The translations under genes and the position numbers were made by a program. 36,214 nucleotides of DNA from the IMG/VR virus record IMGVR_UViG_3300021964_000211, positions 1-36,214 of that record; one strand, written 5' to 3'. The notes under the pieces are model-generated. The model saw only the letters and a list, made by a program, of their open reading frames with translations, did no database searches and was not told the origin of the DNA. Positions 7,226-15,826 of the stretch are shown in pieces (the stretch's first letter is position 1; each line of letters opens with the position of its first letter). Source of the stretch: a virus (Duplodnaviria; Caudoviricetes).

Positions 7226-9215
7226 TCTTGACGATCTTATAAATTCTATACGCGACGAGGCAAAGAAAGAGTCTGCCCTTGCCGTGTACGAAGGGGATGC
7301 AGATGATAAGATGGTTGATGAAGAAATAGATGAAAGAATCTTAAATCTTCTTGGTCTTGATGATGCCATTGGTATCGACTACGCTACATACAAAACTCTC
7401 TTAAGAGAGAAGATGGCTGCTGGTAGGATGGCAGATAGTAAGATTCCTACAGAAGAAACAGAGATACTGACTGAAGAATTTAAGAAGATCAAGAGAAAGA
7501 CTGGTAGATTTAAAGTCAAGAAGAAAAAAATTAAAGCAGCAGATATTACTTCACCCAGTCCCATGAAGAAACTGGGTGGAGTTACTGCACCAAAACTTTT
7601 ACCTGCTGCAAAGGAAGAAAAAGAAGATGATAAAGATTATATTGGAGACATCATTAAGTCTCTTGATAATATCATTGGAATACTGAAGGAACAAAATACT
7701 CTTATTAGAGATACTGCTGAAGCACAAAGAAAAAAACAAGAGAAAGAAAAGAGATCAAAATTAGAAAATAATCTTGAGAAAGGATTTAAAAAGAATGTAG
7801 ATGGTGCTATGAAGATAGTTGCACCAGTGAAGAGTATCCTTCAAAAGATTATTGACTTTATAATGGGAATTATCTTGGGCAAATTCTTAATCAAGTTAAT
7901 TGATTGGTTTGCTAAAAAAGAGAATCAAGATAAACTAAAAGCACTTGGTCAATTTTTAAGTGACCATTGGCCTAAATTTGCAGCGGCATTTTTATTATTT
8001 GGAACTGGTGTTGGTGGATTAGTTCGTGGTTTGATAGGACTACTCGTTAAAGGTGCTGTAGGATTAACTAAGGCTGCTTTAGGATTAGCAGCAAGAGCAG
8101 GCATTGGAAAAGCGGGTGGAGCAGCAAGATTCCTTGGTGGGGGTAAAGGAAAACTCTTGACTGGTCTTATCACAACAGCAGCAGTTGCTGGAAGTGGTGT
8201 GATGCTCTCGAATAAAATTGAGGACACATTCAAACCTGAATCTCTACCAGACATCAAAGCACCAAGTACCAATTATAATGGCGGTGGAGCAGTCGTTCCA
8301 TTACAAAAATTTGATGGTGGTGGAGGAGTCTTCAGTAAGATGATGGGCGGTATGATGGGAATGGTCGGCAAATTCGGTAAGTCTTTGGCTGGAACCTATG
8401 GAACTCTTGGTGGATTCGTTAGTGGTGAGAAGGGTGTTGATAAAGTCCCTGCTATGCTTTCGGATGGTGAGTTTGTAATGTCTCGCGGTGCTGTTGAAAA
8501 GTATGGTGTTGGTGCTCTTGAATCAATGAACGCTGCTGGAGGAGGAACCAACAGACCACAGATTGTTCAGAACGTTATTAAGGCTCATGGCGGTGGAATG
8601 ATTGGAAAACCAAGAAAATTAAAAGGAGACTCTGAACCTGCTCCACCAGAAACTGAAGGAGGAAAACCCTCATCATCTGTCAATGTGAATTTGAGTGGGG
8701 GTGGAGGAACTTCTGGCGGCACTAATAATACAAACATAAAAATTGGTGGGGGATCTGTCCGAAAGAATATGGCGTCCGTCAACCCATCATTTAGTTCTAA
8801 GATGAATATTGGAGGAAGCAAAAACACCTTTGCTTCATTTGGTGGCAACTCTCTTAATGTTTTCTCCCCAAATATTAATAGTACTATGTTTGGTGGTGGT
8901 GGTAATATGATTATGGGAGTTAATAATGTTTTGCCAATGATGATGATGGTTGCTAATAATATGCAACAAGAGAGTGTGGGAAAGTCTGGATCTGTGAGAC
9001 CAACTGCACAACTACAACCTAAGAAAGCAAAGGTAAGCATACCTGGGGCACCGTCTAGACCTCCTGTTACTATTCAACCACCAGTCTCTATGAATACTGG
9101 TGGAGGTGGTTATGAATCCGATTCCTTAATGGAAGTAGAGCAGATTCCAACGTTCAGTGCTTCCTTTAGTTCTAGGGATAAAGTAAGAAACTCTAAGATT
9201 TTGGGTATTTCGTAA
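7215..9215 (+). CDS. Tape-measure-like / baseplate hub protein 1
   Basis: Charged helical N-terminus, amphipathic Ala/Gly-rich helices, and the GG.VSG.KG.DKVPAMLSDGEFV motif seen in tape measure proteins; follows gp26/gp51. Confidence 0.6.
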   Translation: MASDLDDLINSIRDEAKKESALAVYEGDADDKMVDEEIDERILNLLGLDDAIGIDYATYKTLLREKMAAGRMADSKIPTEETEILTEEFKKIKRKTGRFKVKKKKIKAADITSPSPMKKLGGVTAPKLLPAAKEEKEDDKDYIGDIIKSLDNIIGILKEQNTLIRDTAEAQRKKQEKEKRSKLENNLEKGFKKNVDGAMKIVAPVKSILQKIIDFIMGIILGKFLIKLIDWFAKKENQDKLKALGQFLSDHWPKFAAAFLLFGTGVGGLVRGLIGLLVKGAVGLTKAALGLAARAGIGKAGGAARFLGGGKGKLLTGLITTAAVAGSGVMLSNKIEDTFKPESLPDIKAPSTNYNGGGAVVPLQKFDGGGGVFSKMMGGMMGMVGKFGKSLAGTYGTLGGFVSGEKGVDKVPAMLSDGEFVMSRGAVEKYGVGALESMNAAGGGTNRPQIVQNVIKAHGGGMIGKPRKLKGDSEPAPPETEGGKPSSSVNVNLSGGGGTSGGTNNTNIKIGGGSVRKNMASVNPSFSSKMNIGGSKNTFASFGGNSLNVFSPNINSTMFGGGGNMIMGVNNVLPMMMMVANNMQQESVGKSGSVRPTAQLQPKKAKVSIPGAPSRPPVTIQPPVSMNTGGGGYESDSLMEVEQIPTFSASFSSRDKVRNSKILGIS

Positions 9216-9218
9216 AAC

Positions 9219-12200
9219 ATGAAATTACTTCCATCCGCACCATCGATTCAAACTCAGACTAAAAAAATATCTGTTAAACCAGTTAGTGGCGAAGGAAAGA
9301 GTGGTCACAAAGGACTTGTATCAGTTAAATCTAGAGTAATTAATATTGAGAAACTACTTGGTCGTCAAAATAAACTTTATACCAAGCAGAAAAAGAAAGC
9401 AGGGCAGCAAGAAGAGAAGAAGTCTAGAGCAAAACAAGAAGATAAGTTAGAGAAACCAAAAAAAGATGACGAAAATAAGGGAAAAAAGAAACTTCTGAAA
9501 GGTCCGAAACTTGGATTCCTTGATAGAATAAAATCTTTTATTGGTAAGATTCTATTAGGATTCATCGCTTTCAAGATGATTGATTATCTGCCACAGATGA
9601 TCGCGTTTTTGCCCAAAATTAATAGTGCAGCAACTTGGATTGCTAATTTTGGTATAGGGACCATTGATGCGCTTAGTTCTTTTGTCAAAGGTGCGTATGA
9701 TTTAAGAACTAAGACTATTGGATTTATTGATGATCTTGGAGGTCAAAATTTAGTTAATACATTTTCAAAGTTTGAGGGTGCAGTAGAAACAGTAATTACC
9801 ACTCTTATCTTTGCTGCGGCTGCTGGTGGAAAGGGTGGGATAATTGACGCCATTGGTGATGTAGCTGGTGATAGGTTAATGCAGCGGGGAGCTCAACAGG
9901 GTGTTCAAGCAGCAGCAACTCAAGGCGGTGGTGCAGCAGCACAAGCGGGTGGAATTGGTGCAGGAGCAGCAGCGGGAATTATTGCTGGTGTAGGTCTGCT
10001 CTCCTCTGCGATTGGTGAAGGTGCTTTCCAACTGAAGAAAACTGGAAAGGATCTTGAAGATGGCGCAAAGAAAAGATGGGAGAAAAAGGCAGTCTGGGAT
10101 CCAAGAAAGTATATTGACTGGGCATTGTATCAAGGTTCTAGATTTTTAAATCTTCAACTTGGAATTGTTGGAGGTGTGCTTGATATTGTCGGTGCTCCAT
10201 TTAGATATGCAGTTGAACTAATTCGTTATCCATTCTTAAGTCCAAAAGATAAGAAGAAGCAAGCAACAAATCTTGCTAAACTTGACTCTAGAGTTCGTGA
10301 GAATATAAGAGAAGGTTTAAATATGGTTACCTTTGGACAATTGTTCAAGGGTAAGGGTTCCTTTGGAAACATCTATGGAGATGATAAGGCTCAAAAAGAG
10401 ATGATGAGCAAATATGCTTCTGGTGGAATCACCAGAGGTGGTAGAAAGATGGGTGCTATTAGTAGGTCACTCAAAAGAGAAAAATCAGAACCGCCAAGAA
10501 TTTATGCTGAAAAATCAAGAGAAACTAAAATCAATGTAGGATCTCAAACTGGCGGCAAAAAGAAAGTTAAAAAAATATTCCCAGAATCAAAGGATTCTAA
10601 GAATGTTAGTCCAATGACATACATTGAAGATGTGAATAAGGAAATGTCAACGATGCCTTTCCTTGGACCACTCTTCGGTATAGCATATAAGACTTTGTTA
10701 GGTGACAAAGCAAACTCTACTGATTATAGAAATGTTGCTGGTGGTCTTGATAGATGGACTAGATATACTTTTGATATCAAGAGTTCTCAGATGAGAATGG
10801 CTGGTGGTGGTGAAGTTGATGTTGAAATGTTGATGAAGGGTCAAAACATGACCCAATCACTTACTAAAAATATAGAAGGTATCATATCAAGTAAAGTCAC
10901 AAATGCTATCTCTGATCTGAGAAAGCAACTTGGTCTTAAGAAACAAACAACTGGTGGAACTGGACCTAGTGTTGATGGTGATGGTGAAAAAACCACTAGC
11001 ACAGTCAATATTAGTGGAGGAGATGCTGACTTCTGGACATTGGTTGCTGTTGCATCTAGAGAGGATGGAGAACCTCAATCCTGGGCAGACGTAGCACAAT
11101 CCATTTATAATAGACTTGGATCTGGTGCATATGGTGGCAGTACAATCAAAGAACTGGTCACTGGGAGGATGCAGTATGAACCTACTTGGAAATTCCCTAA
11201 TGGAGCAAAGAAAGGTAGGGGCAATTCTAATGATGAATGGTTTGCTATTAAGGATGTTGCAACAGCAGCGGCTGCTGCAGGAATGTCTCAAAACGCAATG
11301 AAATCTGTCGCAGCTGCGATCTTAAATCCATCTCTTCAAGACAAGGCAAGAGAATTTATACAAGGAAGAACAGATTTCAGAGGTTATAGTGTTGAAGGTG
11401 GATTGACTAGAAAACCTGGTGATAATTACTTTGGATGGTATAATAATTACACTCAAAATAAAGTAGCAGCAGTTCCAAATTTTGGCGCAACTGCAAAGGT
11501 TACAAGATCTACATCAGGGCCCACAGGTGGCGGTAAAGCAACAACTGATCCATCAGCGTTAAAAATAAACAAGAAGGGGGAGATTTATCTTCACTGGAAC
11601 GCTGCGGGTAATAACAGCACCTATGGTGCTGGGAATAAGTATCATGCTCTCTTTACGGGAGATGGAAATAAGTATCCATCAAATCCTGACTACAGCAACT
11701 TTAGGACTCAAGAGGGACATACCGCATATAGAAATAGTCGTGGTATAGGACTGGCAGTTGCCGCTATGAAAGGTTATAATTGGTCATATGCTCCAACGAA
11801 AAAGCAGTTAAATGCTATGACAACTGAAGCTGCGACAATCGCCAAAGCATGGGGTTGGAAACCCAGTGATATTAATATAAAGAACGTGATGACTCATGCT
11901 GAAGCAGCATCAGGTAAAGACGGTAGATTAGGATTACATACTCCAACAATGGCAGGTGCGTCAACAGATCCTGATAACTATGGACCAACTTATTGGAATG
12001 GTGATGGAGAAAGATCTGACTTACATAAACTGACTAAGAGTGGGCAGGATGGGAGTGGCGGTGGAGTTCTGCGTAGTATGATTAAGAATAGGATGTATTA
12101 TGGTGGTAGAGTGTCTGGTAGAAGAGGTCAGGATATGATTCCTGTGATGCTTACTCATGGTGAATTCATTCTGGATGTCAATTCAACTCAAGCACTAGAG

Positions 12201-12437
12201 GATAAGTTCCCTGGTTTCTTAGATGCCTTGAATCATGCAAAGTATGATGCTGCAATCGGTGTTCTTAGAAACTATGCATCTTATGAATCTGGTGCTGGTG
12301 AGAATGCAGTAGTTCCAGTTACTGTTATAAACAATATCGTATCACAATCCAAATCTTCTACTAAAATGGTTCCAGTCTCTGTTGGTAGTGGTGGTGGAAT
12401 GGATGACTATTCAGATGCCCTTGCTGCGGGACAATAA
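9219..12437 (+). CDS. Tape-measure-like protein 2 with SleB-like cell wall hydrolase and Amidase_2-like domains
   Basis: LVAVASRE.G......DVAQSIYNR.......TIKELV....QYEP (Hydrolase_2-like); IYLHW, YH.L..GDG, HT..RNS..IG.A, PT..Q..AM, VMTHAE (Zn amidase-like); C-terminal G.D.IPVMLT.GEFI motif. Confidence 0.7.
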   Translation: MKLLPSAPSIQTQTKKISVKPVSGEGKSGHKGLVSVKSRVINIEKLLGRQNKLYTKQKKKAGQQEEKKSRAKQEDKLEKPKKDDENKGKKKLLKGPKLGFLDRIKSFIGKILLGFIAFKMIDYLPQMIAFLPKINSAATWIANFGIGTIDALSSFVKGAYDLRTKTIGFIDDLGGQNLVNTFSKFEGAVETVITTLIFAAAAGGKGGIIDAIGDVAGDRLMQRGAQQGVQAAATQGGGAAAQAGGIGAGAAAGIIAGVGLLSSAIGEGAFQLKKTGKDLEDGAKKRWEKKAVWDPRKYIDWALYQGSRFLNLQLGIVGGVLDIVGAPFRYAVELIRYPFLSPKDKKKQATNLAKLDSRVRENIREGLNMVTFGQLFKGKGSFGNIYGDDKAQKEMMSKYASGGITRGGRKMGAISRSLKREKSEPPRIYAEKSRETKINVGSQTGGKKKVKKIFPESKDSKNVSPMTYIEDVNKEMSTMPFLGPLFGIAYKTLLGDKANSTDYRNVAGGLDRWTRYTFDIKSSQMRMAGGGEVDVEMLMKGQNMTQSLTKNIEGIISSKVTNAISDLRKQLGLKKQTTGGTGPSVDGDGEKTTSTVNISGGDADFWTLVAVASREDGEPQSWADVAQSIYNRLGSGAYGGSTIKELVTGRMQYEPTWKFPNGAKKGRGNSNDEWFAIKDVATAAAAAGMSQNAMKSVAAAILNPSLQDKAREFIQGRTDFRGYSVEGGLTRKPGDNYFGWYNNYTQNKVAAVPNFGATAKVTRSTSGPTGGGKATTDPSALKINKKGEIYLHWNAAGNNSTYGAGNKYHALFTGDGNKYPSNPDYSNFRTQEGHTAYRNSRGIGLAVAAMKGYNWSYAPTKKQLNAMTTEAATIAKAWGWKPSDINIKNVMTHAEAASGKDGRLGLHTPTMAGASTDPDNYGPTYWNGDGERSDLHKLTKSGQDGSGGGVLRSMIKNRMYYGGRVSGRRGQDMIPVMLTHGEFILDVNSTQALEDKFPGFLDALNHAKYDAAIGVLRNYASYESGAGENAVVPVTVINNIVSQSKSSTKMVPVSVGSGGGMDDYSDALAAGQ

Positions 12438-12440
12438 ATA
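12434..12440 (+). promoter_or_regulatory. Late promoter ATAAATA
   Basis: Overlaps the stop at 12435-12437, 20 nt before the ATG at 12461. Confidence 0.65.
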
Positions 12441-12460
12441 ATATATAACCAAGAAGTATT

Positions 12461-13765
12461 ATGGCAGAAGAAATACTAGATTCGGGTAAAGCAAGAGCTA
12501 GTAGTATTGATAGTTTTTCCATTATTTCTAACAAGGATGGAAGTATCGACATCAATTCGGCTGTCATTGAACTGAGATATTATGAGAGTATTAGAGAATC
12601 GACTATCAGAATGAGTGTGTCTTTTGTTGATACTGGCAATTCTGTTAAAGATAAATCTGTCCTTGAAGGTCTCCCTCTAGTTGGAACTGAGAAGGCTGTG
12701 ATTAAAATGAAGGATACTAATAAGAACAAACTTGAAGTAACCTTATATGTTAATAGTGTTGATCCAATTATTGAAGATGCCAAAAAGACTATGGTTTCTT
12801 TAAACTTAGTTTCTAAAGAACACATTCGTAATCAAGTAATCAGAGTTAATAAAAGATATGACGGAAAGTTATCTGACCATGTGAATGATATTCTAAAGGG
12901 TTTTATTGGTACTGATAAAACTCTTGATATCGAAGAGACTCAGAATAACTATAACTTCTTCGGAAATAATAAAAAACCATTCTACATTTGTACTTGGTTG
13001 GCTAAAAAAGGTATTCCTAGTTCAAAATCTCCAGGCAAAACCGCAGGTTATTTTTTCTTTGAAACTAGTAAAGGATATAATTTTAAGTCGATTGATAAAC
13101 TCTTAGAACAAAAACAAAAAAGAAAACTTATTTTTAATGAGACACCTGATGCTAAAGGTGCTAATATTCCTGAGGGATATGATGGTAAAGTTTTGAGATT
13201 GAATAGTGATAATTCTATCAATGTGCAAAGCAAACTTGAAAGTGGATCATATTCAACTAGAGTAGTTCTGTTCGATCCATTCAACTGTCAATATAGAGTT
13301 CTTGAAAAGAATGTAGGGCAAACAGAAAGTGATTTGAGTTTGGCTGGTAAAGAATTGCCCGTACTCAATAGCGAATTTGATGAGGCAGTCGGTAAATTTT
13401 CAAGAACAACATACATGTTGATTGATAAAGGATCATTGCCATCGGGAACAACAGATGAACAAATTGAAAAATCAAAAGAAGCAAACTTTGATCCTGAGAA
13501 TATCTTGAATCAATCACTTATGAGATACAATCAGTTGTTTACTTTGCAGAAATCTATTACAATATCAGGAGACTTCACGCTTAACGCAGGGGACATGATT
13601 TTTGTGGATATACCAGCAGCAGATAAAGATAAAAAGAATCAAAAACCAAACTCTGAAACTGGTGGACTATATATTATATCGGATTTATGTCACTACGTTA
13701 CGCCTAGTCGTTGTCTTACACAATTAAATCTTATTAGAGATTCTTATGGAAGGAGGGTAAACTAA
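12461..13765 (+). CDS. Baseplate hub protein, gp27-like
   Basis: YYESI, PF....WLA, YFFFET..G.NFKSID.L, I.I.GD..L.AGD.I, GG.Y.I..L.H and L.RDS motifs; located between the tape-measure-like genes and gp5. Confidence 0.7.
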   Translation: MAEEILDSGKARASSIDSFSIISNKDGSIDINSAVIELRYYESIRESTIRMSVSFVDTGNSVKDKSVLEGLPLVGTEKAVIKMKDTNKNKLEVTLYVNSVDPIIEDAKKTMVSLNLVSKEHIRNQVIRVNKRYDGKLSDHVNDILKGFIGTDKTLDIEETQNNYNFFGNNKKPFYICTWLAKKGIPSSKSPGKTAGYFFFETSKGYNFKSIDKLLEQKQKRKLIFNETPDAKGANIPEGYDGKVLRLNSDNSINVQSKLESGSYSTRVVLFDPFNCQYRVLEKNVGQTESDLSLAGKELPVLNSEFDEAVGKFSRTTYMLIDKGSLPSGTTDEQIEKSKEANFDPENILNQSLMRYNQLFTLQKSITISGDFTLNAGDMIFVDIPAADKDKKNQKPNSETGGLYIISDLCHYVTPSRCLTQLNLIRDSYGRRVN

Positions 13766-13766
13766 A

Positions 13767-14003
13767 ATGTCAGAAAAAAGAACAATCGAAGAACATGTCG
13801 AAGAAGATTATAAAATCTTAGACAATCCAACTATATCACCTCAGCAGCGTCGTCATATCGAAGGTGAATTGCATGAGTTAAAAGATTATGTAGAGCATCA
13901 CAAAAAAGAAATTGAAGCAGGAGATCATCACGATCCTTCACCACTAGAACTATTTTGTGATGCAAATCCATCAGAACCAGAATGTTTAATTTACGATGAT
14001 TAA
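13767..14003 (+). CDS. cp12: CP12 Calvin-cycle inhibitor (auxiliary metabolic gene)
   Basis: C-terminal LELFCDANPSEPECLIYDD is the CP12 GAPDH-binding Cys-pair motif; SPQ.RRH.E.EL..L is typical of the cyanophage form. Confidence 0.92.
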   Translation: MSEKRTIEEHVEEDYKILDNPTISPQQRRHIEGELHELKDYVEHHKKEIEAGDHHDPSPLELFCDANPSEPECLIYDD

Positions 14004-14009
14004 TAACTA

Positions 14010-15803
14010 ATGGAGAACGGATCGCTTTTCACTTCAGGGTTCGCAGGATCTCATTTTAATTGGTGGGTCGGGCAGATTGCAGATGATGCAACCTGGCGCG
14101 ATAATACTGCTGCGGGAAAGCACGAATCCGCTTCACAAGTCCCAGGACACTCTAGAAGATTTAAAGTCCGTATCATTGGTTATCATGATCAACAAGAAGA
14201 AACGATCCCTTCAGATCAACTTCCTTGGGCGCAAATCATGTATCCCACCACTGCTGGTGGTGGACAAGGCAGTTCATCTCAAACAACAAACTTAAGACAG
14301 GGCAACTTTGTCTTCGGTTTCTTCTTGGATGGGCAAGACATGCAAGTTCCTGTTATTATGGGTGTCTTGGGCAACAATGCTCAGACTGCACTCAAGACTA
14401 AAACAGGAACAACTGATTCTAACTTTGGCCCCACCAGTGGATTTGCAGAGTCAAGTAAAGGAGAAACTGATCCTAACAGAACAGTTCCTGATTCTGACCT
14501 TGTAATCACTAAACCAAAGACTCCTGAGCAAGTAGCAGATACTGACCCTGCACCACCAGGAGTCAAACTTAATAAGTACGGGTTAAGATCAGACAAAGCT
14601 CTAACTAAAGAGCAGTTAGCGGATGCAAAAAACGCAAGAGCAGAAGCAGAAGAAAAGGGCCTTCAAGGACAAGAAAAAGAAAACTTTGTAATGAAGGCCG
14701 TCGCTGACGGCATTGCTGCAAGAAAATCAGCAGCAGAGAGTCCTGCTGCACCTTCACAACCAGGAGCAACAAAAGAGAGTGCTGATGCTGTTCATCAGCA
14801 AGCAGTCGCTGATGTCAAGAAGCATGAAAGGCAAATCAGAAAGATTCCTCTTGACAATCCTTATGATTCTATTAATTCTTCATTAAAGAATATTCAGATT
14901 ATCTTGAATAATCTTACCAATGATATTAATAAAGTTTTGGAAACTGCTCTATCATATGTTGACGCAGCTACCAGTGTTCTTTCTAGTATTGAGAGTATAA
15001 TCAATTCTGCTTGTGCTAAACTTGCAAAGTATATGAAACCCATTTATGATAAGATGCTTGAGTTTATTCTCAAGGAAGTTCATAAAACAATAGCACCCAC
15101 AGTAAATCTTATGTTCCCCAATATGAGGAACACAGTTTCTGATCTCAAAGAGCAAATCACAAAAGTGATCACATGCTTATTTGAAAAGATCATTGGCATG
15201 TTACAAGAACAACTATGCAGTATCCTTAAGAAAGGATTGGGTATGATAGGTGCCGGTAATAACAGTGGAAATGTTGGTGACTTCCTTGAAAAGTTAGATA
15301 CCAATACTATTACACCAAACGATAGAGTCCCTAAGGTGCCTATTTGTTATGTTGAATCATTGACTGGAGACTCAATCTCTGCAAACAAAAAAGAAATTAC
15401 TAACACGGTAGATGACATTATCGATAAGGTTGGTTCATTCTTGGAAGAAGTCAGTAAGCAATTGAACGCGGTTAAGAGTGGATTGACTGATATCTCTAAT
15501 GCTGTTCCATCTATTGATGGTATTGCTGGTAATATGGCATCAGCATTATCCTTTGAGAATATACAGTTCAGTGTTTTTGGTTGTGATGTTATTCCAAAAC
15601 CCTCTATCAGTGACTTCTATCAATTTGCCCGTGGTTCAGGTGGGCAATCACAATCAGAGAATCCCAACATCAATGCTGTTGCTGAGAAGGCATCTGGCAC
15701 TGATGCAAGTGTAACTCCGCAAGAATCTAAACCATTTGCAACACCACCAAGAGATTCAGCAGACGTTGATCTTGAAAAAGCAGGATCGGCAGAGTCGTCA
15801 TAA
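14010..15803 (+). CDS. gp5: gp5-like baseplate hub/spike protein: N-terminal OB-fold plus helical region, no recognisable lysozyme domain
   Basis: F.WWVGQI, R.KVRIIG.H......P...LPWA.I..P and G.FVFGFFLDG...Q.PVIMG motifs form the gp5 OB-domain signature. Confidence 0.8.
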   Translation: MENGSLFTSGFAGSHFNWWVGQIADDATWRDNTAAGKHESASQVPGHSRRFKVRIIGYHDQQEETIPSDQLPWAQIMYPTTAGGGQGSSSQTTNLRQGNFVFGFFLDGQDMQVPVIMGVLGNNAQTALKTKTGTTDSNFGPTSGFAESSKGETDPNRTVPDSDLVITKPKTPEQVADTDPAPPGVKLNKYGLRSDKALTKEQLADAKNARAEAEEKGLQGQEKENFVMKAVADGIAARKSAAESPAAPSQPGATKESADAVHQQAVADVKKHERQIRKIPLDNPYDSINSSLKNIQIILNNLTNDINKVLETALSYVDAATSVLSSIESIINSACAKLAKYMKPIYDKMLEFILKEVHKTIAPTVNLMFPNMRNTVSDLKEQITKVITCLFEKIIGMLQEQLCSILKKGLGMIGAGNNSGNVGDFLEKLDTNTITPNDRVPKVPICYVESLTGDSISANKKEITNTVDDIIDKVGSFLEEVSKQLNAVKSGLTDISNAVPSIDGIAGNMASALSFENIQFSVFGCDVIPKPSISDFYQFARGSGGQSQSENPNINAVAEKASGTDASVTPQESKPFATPPRDSADVDLEKAGSAESS

Positions 15804-15806
15804 ATA
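15800..15806 (+). promoter_or_regulatory. Late promoter ATAAATA
   Basis: Overlaps the gp5 stop, 20 nt before the ATG at 15827. Confidence 0.65.
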
Positions 15807-15826
15807 TAGTTACGCAGATATAGAAA

